The translations under genes were made by a program, and so were the position numbers. A stretch of 64,000 bases of DNA from Lepidodermella squamata (lineage: Eukaryota > Animalia > Gastrotricha): positions 1,612,001 through 1,676,000 of the forward strand of contig JBLDXI010000042.1 in the NCBI GenBank assembly GCA_047495785.1, written 5' to 3'. This document shows, piece by piece, positions 54,594-64,000 of the stretch. Below the pieces are notes generated by a model. That model was given only the letters and a program-made list of their open reading frames with translations, made no database searches and had not been told where the DNA came from. How positions within the stretch are numbered: the stretch's first letter is position 1; each line of letters begins with the position of its first letter.

Positions 54594-56070
54594 CTACGGC
54601 TCGTATGTTATTAGAGAATCAAAATTTAGACTGGTGTCTTCCAGAAGCGGTCGGTAATCTTCGATGGACGACGTATTTACAAGAACAATGTCATCGAGGG
54701 TGATGACGTCTTCAGGAGAAGGTCGACGCGGAAACAACAATAACAAATTCGGGGAGCTAGGTGTATAGGTAGGCGAAGTAGGTTCATAGGTAGGTGAAAT
54801 AGGTAGATAGGTAGGTGAAATAGGTGAAGGTTCATGGTGAAGGGAGACAGTGTCAAATTGAGGAGAAGGAGGTAAGTATCGTAGAGAAACGGGTGAGTAA
54901 TAAGCAGTCGAAAAGTAGGACGAGTCGCAGCTAGTCGGGGAGCCGCCTGCCGACTCGCCAGCCGAGTAGCCGCTGCCCGCGTAGGTGCTCAGCGTGTCAC
55001 CGCCGGTCGAGATGCTGGCCGTGTAGGTGCTCAGCGTGTCACCCTCGTCCGAGTCACCGTCGTCCGTGGCGCCGCCGGTCGCGTTGTCGGTCGCGCCGTC
55101 GTTCGAGGCGCCGCCGGTCGCGTTGTCGGTCGCGCCGTCGTTCGAGGAGCCGCCGGTCGCGTTGTCGGTCGCGCCGTCGTTCGAGGAGCCGCCGGTCGCG
55201 TTGTCGGTCGCGCCGTCGTTCGAGGAGCCGCCGGTCGCGTCGTCGGTCGCGCCGTCGTCGCCGGCCGCGTCGATGAGCCAGTCGTGAGGCGGCGGCAGGG
55301 GGACAACGCCGGGAGAGTCACCGCGGGGCAGCGCCACAAAGAAATCGTCGACCGGCGTGGCGATGGTATCGTGGTCGGCAAAGACTTGCTCGATATCGAC
55401 GACCGGCAGAACAACAACTCCGTTTATGAAATCGTCGAGAGGGAGCTGGATTTCGCCGAACGGCGCGGCGTCGATATCCGGATAGTAAAACAGGTCTTCT
55501 TCCCCGTAAACCAGTGCGAATAAAGGGGCCCAATCTTCGTAATCGAAGAGGGAGCTGTCGCTCCTGGGCCTGTCGGCAGGGTCGATGATCGTCACCGGAT
55601 CGTCATCGAGGAGAACCGAGGCCATCGCGGCGGCTATCTCGGGCACGTCATCGTCAGCGTACAACTCGCCGTCGCCGCCGCCGCAGGGCAGATCGCCAGT
55701 AGGAGAGACAGAGCGCGGCGAGCCAGGCAAGGCGGCATCGTGCTTGGTGGGCGAGTTTTCAACCGAAGCAGCGTCGCTGTTGGCGGAAGAGTCCTCGCCG
55801 CGGAAATCGAGGTAGTCGTAGGTACGCTTCTCGGAATTTGCGACATGATCTGTAGAAAAATTAAAAAAAATTAAGATAATGAGACGAAATAAATAATCGC
55901 AACTAACCAAACATTAGCCGCTGAAAGCAATCGAGAGGATGGATGCATAAAATGCGGCAGGGCGTCGCTTTCTTAGCCGCAATCGAACGGCGCGAGTTCT
56001 TTAACCACGCCGGCGCGTCGTTCGGGACGACAGGAATGCGGTTCGTAACCAATGTCGGAATGACACGCAT
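54594..56070 (-). CDS. Acidic low-complexity protein with 13-aa repeats and Pol II CTD-like heptads (2 exons: 56070-55908, 55849-54594)
   Basis: 438-aa ORF joined in frame to an upstream ATG exon by a 58-bp GT-AG intron; GC-rich coding sequence. Confidence 0.7.
55066..55260. repeat. 39-bp coding tandem repeat (about 5 units, GGSSNDGATDNAT)
   Basis: Unit GCGTTGTCGGTCGCGCCGTCGTTCGAGGAGCCGCCGGTC. Confidence 0.92.
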
Positions 56071-56237
56071 CGCTCAGAAAAAATTAACACGTCTAAAAAT
56101 TGCAAATAAAGACAGTTATTAACAGTCCGTGAGATTTTGTTGCCATTAAATACGATCAATAAAAAAAACGAGGGCGATAGAAATGGAAAAGGGCGAGACG
56201 CGAAAAATTAAGGAGGAACGAGAATTAATAGAAAAAA

Positions 56238-56588
56238 TCACAGCCGGGCGCGTTGCAGCTCAGCGAAGACATCCTCAGCATCGATCGGCGCAAAGCCATT
56301 GAGCAGCGAAGCGACGAATTCGTCCAACGATTCGAAGGGATCATACTCTTCACCCAATACCAGAAACTGTAAGTCGGCGTAGCCAAAGAAATCGTCATCG
56401 TCGTTCGTGGTGCCGCCGTCGATCATCGTGCCGCCGTCGATCATCGTGCCGCCGTCGTCGCCGGCCGCATCGATGAGCCAGTCGTGAAGCCGCGGCTGCG
56501 GGACAACGGGAACATACTCTTCATCGAATACCTGACGCCATAAGTCGGCGTAGTCATCGTAATTCAGATCGTCAGCCAGGTCGGACAT
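56238..56588 (-). CDS. Small acidic protein paralogous to the neighbouring acidic protein
   Basis: Shares HDWLIDAAGDDG and D/E-W/F-rich modules with 54594-56070. Confidence 0.65.
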   Translation of the reverse strand: MSDLADDLNYDDYADLWRQVFDEEYVPVVPQPRLHDWLIDAAGDDGGTMIDGGTMIDGGTTNDDDDFFGYADLQFLVLGEEYDPFESLDEFVASLLNGFAPIDAEDVFAELQRARL

Positions 56589-56913
56589 ATGAGGTAGAAA
56601 TCACGTGAAAGTCTAATAAAAGCAAAAGGCAATCCGTTGGAAATTGCGAAGCCAGTTTTAAGATCAAATAACGACGAGTCGAAAGATACGAAAAAACGAG
56701 GACGATAGTCATCAGGGTTGCTGAGATAATAGGCTTCGAAGTTTACGAACGAAAATATAAATTTTGAAAATTTCTTGAAAAATGAGCCGCGGCCGACACG
56801 GTTGAATAAAAAAGCGCGAGTTGCGAGCATTGTTGCCCAATGGCGCAGAAAAATCAACACGTGAAAGTATATAATAATTTCGAATAAAATTCAGAAATTC
56901 GCGAAATTTGCGC

Positions 56914-57283
56914 AGGGTATTTATACCCTCCGCAGGCAATCAATCAACAGGTAGAATTGTAAATGTCAAATTTTCCCTGTCAAAAATCTGTCAAAAATTC
57001 GAACATAATTCAAGAAATCTTGAAGGAAACGTCAAAAATTTGAAGTTTCAATGGTTACAAGGCAATTAAAAAGTCAGATTAGGCTTAAATTTCTTGAGCA
57101 ATTTGTCGAAAATCTGTCAAAATGTCGAATTTCAAGTTATAAAACTGCCAAGACGTCAAATTTCACGAAGTTAAACTGCCAAGATGTCAAATTTGTCGAA
57201 AATAAAATGCCAAAATGCCAAGAATTTTACAAATTTAGATTTATTGCTGAAATATGATTGATTGGGTCTAAGGGTATATAAGC
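56914..57283. promoter_or_regulatory. Putative divergent promoter region with two TATA boxes and a TGTCAA-type repeat array
   Basis: AGGGTATAAA on the minus strand (within 56914-56929) and AGGGTATATAAG on the plus strand (57271-57282), between divergently oriented genes. Confidence 0.45.
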
Positions 57284-57375
57284 AGGGCGCGGCGCACACT
57301 TTCAGCACTCGTACAGAATTCCTTACAGATTTCACGCCACTATTCCACCTTAAAGTTCCCATATACTTTCTACCC

Positions 57376-58655
57376 ATGAATCAGTTTGGCAATTTTGGGT
57401 TGGGAAACATCCCGCCTAATAACTTGCAATTCCCGGCTAATAACACGCAGTTCCTGGCTAATAACATGCTATCATCTCAACAAGTGGACACGGCTCGACA
57501 GGTAAAAAATTTGCGAATGAGACAACTCCGAAGTTGAATAATGCATTTAAATGAGATGCATTATTCAACTTAAAATGCAGAAGAATACTGCTAAAGCGAA
57601 CATTTTATTATGAACGCTCGTTACCGTTCATCGACCGCTACATGTGTAAAATACTTTAATCTCATGCTGCGTCGATCAACGGTACGGGCGATCGTATAAT
57701 AAAATACCGCCACTCGTTATATCTCGCACCTAGCGCGCGCGCGTGTAATAAAGCTAATCCGGTATTAACGCTGTTCGATACCGTTGTGGTCCTGATCAGC
57801 GCTCATAACGGGTTCAACAAAGCAGAAAGGCGCAAATAAAATCATCAACGAAGCGCGCCGGCACATAATAACGCAGCTCGTTACAGTGTAACAGTGTACA
57901 AACGGGCGAATCGCTGATGATGACAAGTGCGAAATTATATAACGGCGCACAAAAATAGCCGCAATAAATTTGACATAAAAAGTGCGCGCGCGCGCGAATA
58001 AAAATAAGCGCAGCGCTGCCGAGCATCATCAGCATCATCGAATAACGCGCGCGCAATACCTCGCACGTTTGCGAAAATATAAAAAAAAATTCAAACTATG
58101 CCGTAATATAAGGAGTGATGTAAATTTCAGGAAACTATTGAATGGGCGCCGTTCGACTCGTCGTTGTCTACTAATGCTCGAGCTATGGATAAATTGGCCA
58201 GCTTCAAGTTTACGAATAATTACAAGGCTATTCGCTATGTGTGCACTGACAACAAATACGTGTTTTTTCTGGGGAAAATAAATTCGCCGGATCCGCACAG
58301 CCCGATGGTGCAGCCGGGTAAAGGTCTGTGGATGACAGAACTCGAGGTACGACAATTGCTGGCCGGCATCAAGGGCAATGCAAACTGGCTTCGAACTCTA
58401 AACTCAAGTCTTCAAGCTGCCGGAGCCAATCGAGAAAATCTCGGGGTTCAATCAGTCGAATCGTCCAATAATCACATCATCAACAACCTTCGCTGGTCTT
58501 TTTACGCACCAAAGAATATCTTGTTCATTGATTTGCGCAGGTATACGCCGCAGCCAGATAATAAGTATAGGGCGATGAAAGATGGCATCTCAATTCCGCA
58601 GTCAATTTTTTCGCAATTAGAGTCGATTTTATGCCAAGTTCTTGAAGGCATCTGA
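57376..58655 (+). CDS. PC4/Sub1-like ssDNA-binding protein, probably two PC4 domains (exons 57376-57501, 58131-58655)
   Basis: LFIDLRRY..YRAMKDGISIPQSIFSQL fits the PC4 signature; weaker N-terminal copy PGKGLWMTELEVRQL; in-frame GT-AG splice. Confidence 0.7.
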
Positions 58656-59069
58656 GGATTTTAGTCATCCTTAATTGAGTTGCTGATTAATTCTAGCAAT
58701 CATCAGCCGACTGCGAATACAAATCGCAGGATTATCGCATTAATATTACTAAATTTAATCGAACCTATTATCATGTTACTTCAATCAATTGAAACTATTA
58801 TCTGGTTTATAGCGAATTTTAACTATTTACCCTCATTTACGAGACCACAGTTCGAGTCGTACGATGGGTCGAACTAGGATCTTGATATTATCGCTCTCAA
58901 TTATCTATTAACCAAGCATTACCCCAATAAATACAAAAAATCCCAAAATTAACGCAGTGTCTAACATTTTAGGAATTTAAATATTATTAGAAATTGAGCT
59001 ACATCGCCCGACACAGGTAAGCGAATACATTTTTCAACTAATAGATGCTCTAGAATTAAAGTAATAGCC

Positions 59070-62000
59070 ATGGATGAAGAGTTCAAACTACTGCGCTATG
59101 AAAAAGTTAGCGAACGCTTTGGCTTATCGACATATGAATTTTTAATCCAAGCCGGCGGTGGTGAATCTTCCGCCGAAACGGATTCTCTCCAGCAATATGA
59201 AAAAATTCAAAACTATTTTGAAAAAATAGTTGATCGGCTTCGATCAAAGTTTGACCCGGATAGCATGTGCCGGATATCTATTCACAACTCGGAGCTTTCG
59301 TATCCGATATCACTGGGCTATTATAGGCTAGCAATTTTATCAGGGGCTATCATAACCAATCATGTGGAACGAATCGCTCAGTCTAAGCGAGGATTAATTT
59401 TTTCATCCACTCCTTTCCGAGTAGAAGCAAACATGGTGTTTCTCGATAAAATGAGGGATGATGAATCCAAGTATTTAGGATCTGGCCCTGTTAGGCATCG
59501 AAAGAAACTCGAGACAAGCGCCTTGAAATGGCTATCAAATCTTAGTTCTTACATCCCTGTTGACAACGCAGATAATCTGTGTTTATTTTACGCTGTGGTT
59601 TTGGGCATGAGCCACAGCAATTACATAGCATATGTAGCCGATAAAAACAAGAATTTACTTCGATATTTGGAATCTCCAGAATTGGAGCAAAAAGGACTAG
59701 AATATATGCATCTGAAAAATGACAAGGCTAGACTGCGAAAGATGGCTCGGGATCTGTGCCGAAAATCCGGCTACGACCCCGAATCTAATCGATCATACGG
59801 TGTAGCTGACCTTCCTAAAATAATGCAATTTTTTCCGGATCATCAAGTAATAGTTTATTCTCTATCAGACAATCGGGTCGTATACATGTGGCCTGATAGC
59901 AGTGCTTTTTCTGACAAAGATCCGATTCGAGTATACTTGATATGGATCCATCCCAAGTTGATGGCTCCAATGTACAGCAGGGTTGGGCATTACGGCGCTC
60001 TCAAGAATTTGAGTCAAGTAAGCCATGCGAAAACGTACTGTAAACTGTGCTTTGTACCTATATCAAGATCAAATCATAATTGCCTATATCGATGTTACGC
60101 ATGCCATCAGCGATTAAAACCAGCTTTAAGTTCGAATAATGGGATAGTGGATACTCCGAGATGCCTTAATAGGTGTTCCGATGAGTCAACAATTAGTTGT
60201 CAGAACTGCAATCGATTTTTTTTCGGAATTAATTGTCACAATTACCACATCAAAGCTAAGATATGTGACAAATTTGTTCGATGCAAATCTTGCGGGCAAA
60301 TTAAAACTCGAATTAGGATGGCTGAGCACAAATGCTCTGGTCGCAAGTGTGTGGTTTGCAAATCAAAGCTGGAACCTGGCCATCAATGCTATTGGACAAG
60401 GCCAAAGCTTAAGGAATCAGCTGCTCCGAATCGCGTATTATACTTTGACATCGAATGTATGCTCTTGGATAGTGGGGAATTTCATGCAAGCACCGTTATC
60501 GGCGAATTCGCATGCGATGCGTGTTCAGAGCGTGAAATACGCGAATATCCCGCGGACGGAGGTTCAATCTGCGAAAATGAGTGCTCTCAGCTATTTTTCT
60601 ATCACGAATCTGATGCATTCGCGAAATTCATGCGATATATATGCTGCGATCGGTATAAGGATCTGACGTGCATTTCTCATTACGGCGGTAAGTGATTAGG
60701 CTCAAAAAACGTGAAAAATCTAGGCTGTAATTTGTTTAGGCAAATTTGATACGATTTTTGTTCTGCGCTACGTTCAAGAACAGAATATTAAATTTGAGAC
60801 TATAGAGAGGGCGGGAAGAATATTGGAGCTAAAAATAGATCGTGGACCCCGGTAAGAGTGCAAATTTGTAAAAAAAAAAATAGATTTCAAAAATTGGGAA
60901 AAAATAGATTTATTGATAGCTACAACTATTTTTTGACAAAATTGTCCTCTCTTCCGGCCGCTTTCGGCATTGACGGCTTGGAAAAACTTAGCTATGCTCA
61001 TAAACTGCATACCCGCGAAAATTTGTTCAAAGTTTTTCCCGAATGGCCTGGGCTTGAAAAGTACGATATCAGCGGCATGTCTGAGAAAGAAATCGCCAGC
61101 TTGGAAGATTTCATCAGGCTGAAGAGGCAAAATCGCGAAAGTTACGATTTTAAATCGGAAACTTACCGGTATTGCCGACAAGATACCGTCATTCTACGAA
61201 TAGCAACTGGCCGATTCAAGAAAATGATACAGGAATTATCAAAGTGTGATTACGCACCGAATGGTATCAATTGCTTCAACTACCTAACACTGTCGTCCAT
61301 CTCCCATATTATTTATCGAGTAGGTTAAGAAAAAAATGGAGTAATCTACCTTAAAAACATTTCTGGTCACCCTAGATTAAGTACATGCTGCCAAATTCAA
61401 TTCGAATATTCAATCCTCAAGGATTGGTGCTCAGAGACGTCGCAAGTCAAGAAGCTCTGCAATGGCTATATTATTACTCTAAAATTCATAATGTGGAGAT
61501 TGAATCAGCTTTGAATGGCAGTGAAATTAGGCTGAAAATGTCTGATAAATCTGAGCTCAAAGCTGACGGGGTAATTCGCAACAAGTCAACAGGGATGGTT
61601 GAGCGGGTACTCGAATACTACGGTGAGCTCTGAACATCATTTTCTCAGATAGATTTACGCTTTCGGTTCTAGGCTGCACCGTTCACGGGCATCCTCGTTG
61701 CGTCCCTGAAAATAGGTACAACTTTTTGCTGCGAAAAACGTATGGGGAGCTTGCTTATCAAACGGCTAAACGCGAAGAAAAGCTTCGCCAGCATAATTAT
61801 CAAATCACCTCGATTTACTCTTGCGAGTTTAAGCAAATTCTCGCGAATGACCCAGAACTTGCTTCGACATTGCGAGCTGCGGTTTCAATAGTACCGCCGA
61901 TTAAACCACGGTCAGCGCTATTGGTAAGACTGCTGAAATTGCGATAAATATATCAATAGAAAATAATTTTAGGGTGGACGAACGGAGGTATTCAGGTGTT

Positions 62001-63554
62001 ATTTTGCTAGAGATTCAGCGACGAGTCTTCAATATGTGGATATAAATTCCATGTATCCATACGTTCTGTGTAGCAAACAGTTTCCGTGCAATAACATCTC
62101 GGCACAAGTATTAAGGTGGCGATTGAACGACGAAAAACTGAGAGCAAAGTTTTTCGACGAAAATGACCCAGCATTTGGCCTAGTTTCTGCGAAGTGTTGT
62201 CCGAATCCCAGCCTAATCGTGCCATGTTTGCCTTATAAGTCCCCCGATGACGATCGCCTGGTTTTTATCAGTTGCAGAACATGCTATCTGGAGAAAAACG
62301 TGACGACTAGATGCAATCATGACATGGATCAGCGCGCAATTTCCGGAGTTTGGACCAGTGAGGAGCTTCGCATGGCTGTTGTACAATTCGGTTATAACTT
62401 GGTCGAGGTATACGAAATATGGCACTTTCCAGACCGTAGCAACTTGCAATTCAGAGAATTCATTCTCTCGCTTCAAAAATTGAAGCTTGAAAACACTGTT
62501 CTTGCTCCAACAGTTGACGTCGAGCAATACGTCACCGAATGTCGGGAAAGGTACGGAATCGAGCTCGACCGGCAAACCATGCTGTCGCCGAATGCTTCGA
62601 TGAAACAGATTTCCAAGATCCTTCAAAATAGGTAGGTCGATTAAACAATCTTGAAATTAACCCTAATTTATCTCTCAGCTTCTACGGTCGCTTTTGCCTA
62701 CGAGCAAATAATTCCGTGGTGAAATATTTGGACTCGCCAGAACAGTTGATCGAGCTTTTTGAAGCTCCAAGCAAGGTTATTCACACAATTCAGCCAGTAG
62801 GACCAGATGACGAGCACCAAAAAGTCCGCGTTTCATATTCAGACGCTCCAGAATATGAACAGCCATGCGCTACCAACTCTGAAATTACAGCATCCTTTAT
62901 AACTTCTTACGCAAGAATGAAACTTTACGAGGAGGTTCGCAATAATTGGACTAAACGAATTTCAAGCTAATTAACTTTGATTTCAGATGGCCAAGCTGGG
63001 TTCCAGACTTGTATACTGCGACAGTAAGCAAATTCGCTACCTAAATTTCGTAGAATTTTGATAATCTTGTATTACGCAGCCGATTCGTTGATTTACACGC
63101 ACCAAGAGGGTGAATACAAAATTCCAGAGAGTCCATTTCTGGGAGACTTCAAGTCTGAATTGAGCGAGGGAGAATTCATTGAGTCTTGGGTAGCGATTTC
63201 GCCAAAATCCTATTCATTTGTCTCCAACTTGAGGTATAGAATTAATTTTTAGACTTGTTTTTTTTTTAATTAATTTCTTTTAGAACTGAACTCAAGTTTA
63301 AAGGAATAACCCAAAACTTGGCGGGGAAACGGTTGACTCACGAATCTCTAATTAAGCTGCTAACCGACTACCTTAACAATTTTGCTGCTGAAAGTGCGAT
63401 AACTGTCGATCAGACCGTATTTCGTAGGCGTCACGTTCCAGCATCCGTAACTCTTGAAAATATTGAGAAAACAGTATCCCCTCACCTTAATGACAAACGA
63501 ATATTTGATCCTTTGTCATTCACCTCTATCCCTTACGGATATCTTCCTCATTAA
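59070..63554 (+). CDS. Protein-primed family B DNA polymerase (Maverick/Polinton type), 10 exons
   Basis: ExoI YFDIEC; ExoII HYGG|KFD; ExoIII YCRQD; VSR-like insert ADG..EYYG|CTVHGH; GGRTE; motif A DINSMYP; motif B KILQNS|FYGRF; motif C YCDT|DS; KFKGI; C-terminal PYGY. Confidence 0.92.
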
Positions 63555-63598
63555 AATAATAATACGATTTGATCGCTTTCTCTCGTAGATTTTAGAAA

Positions 63599-64000
63599 AT
63601 GACAAAAAGTATCGCATCGGAGCGTTTAGCGCCTGAGAGCAAGGCCTTGTACGAATTTATCGAAGACGAGGTTACCTGCAGCATCTGCTTGGGAATAATG
63701 ACTTCTCCCGTCTACCTAACAAGTTGTCATCACGTCTATTGCGAATCCTGCCTATGCCGATGGGGCGAGAGATGCCGCGGTTCTGATGCTCGATCTCTTA
63801 TATTCAAAAGAGCGACTTGTCCCAAATGTCGAGAGTTTTACTCGCTGTTGGACATCAATCCTGGACCTGGTGTCGTCGAGCGGCTAGTTTCGCGCATGCT
63901 TTTCAGTTGCATTTATGAAAAGTATGGTTGCTCAGTGAAGCGTGACCATTGGGGCATCAGGGCTCATCAAAGGATCTGCAAGGAGAAAGGAGCTGCTAGT
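63599..64000 (+). CDS. RING-HC plus TRAF/SIAH-type zinc finger protein (putative E3 ligase), runs off the window
   Basis: CSICLGIMTSPVYLTSCHHVYCESCL..CPKCR, then CIYEKYGC..HQRIC; missing from the ORF track because the window ends before a stop. Confidence 0.82.
   Translation, partial: MTKSIASERLAPESKALYEFIEDEVTCSICLGIMTSPVYLTSCHHVYCESCLCRWGERCRGSDARSLIFKRATCPKCREFYSLLDINPGPGVVERLVSRMLFSCIYEKYGCSVKRDHWGIRAHQRICKEKGAAS

Larger units (their letters stand above)
54204..64000 (+). mobile_element. Maverick/Polinton-like virus-like transposon, left portion
   Basis: Begins AGTAGTATTAGTTAG; subterminal GAAAAATCGGTAC repeats; encodes protein-primed PolB; integrase, ATPase and capsid genes not within the window. 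Confidence 0.78.

Noticed and set aside
55027-55815. Overlapping alternative-frame and antisense ORFs
   Set aside because: By-products of the GC-rich 39-bp repeat within the acidic protein gene
58680-58877. Short hydrophobic ORF between PC4 and PolB
   Set aside because: No early ATG, AT-rich, no motif; may be UTR

Overview
Eukaryotic, AT-rich animal genomic DNA with many ~45-65 bp GT-AG introns; it looks nematode-like, but the host is not established. Three layers are visible. (1) A tandem array of five secreted astacin metalloprotease genes with an unusual astacin-EGF-CUB-KRINGLE-EGF-(5x four-Cys repeat) architecture. Two copies carry clear lesions. An opposite-strand C-type lectin gene is built from the same four-Cys repeat and is flanked by duplicated tRNA (Ala/Gln/Gly) clusters. 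(2) A ~22.5-kb insertion (15025-37549) with a 9-bp target-site duplication, inverted arrays of a GTAGACCA motif and a decayed Mutator-like transposase. Inside it are an apparently intact, spliced ~808-aa Transib/RAG1-like DDE transposase gene, a piggyBac Cys-rich exon, a Helitron and several MITEs. (3) From ~54204 to the window end, the left part of a Maverick/Polinton-like element. Its AGTAGT terminus lies 6 bp upstream of a tRNA-Ser-like gene. It carries a 10-exon protein-primed PolB, a tandem-PC4 protein, a RING/TRAF-type zinc-finger protein and acidic proteins, one with RNA polymerase II CTD-like heptads. All family assignments come from motif recognition by eye; no database searches were run.
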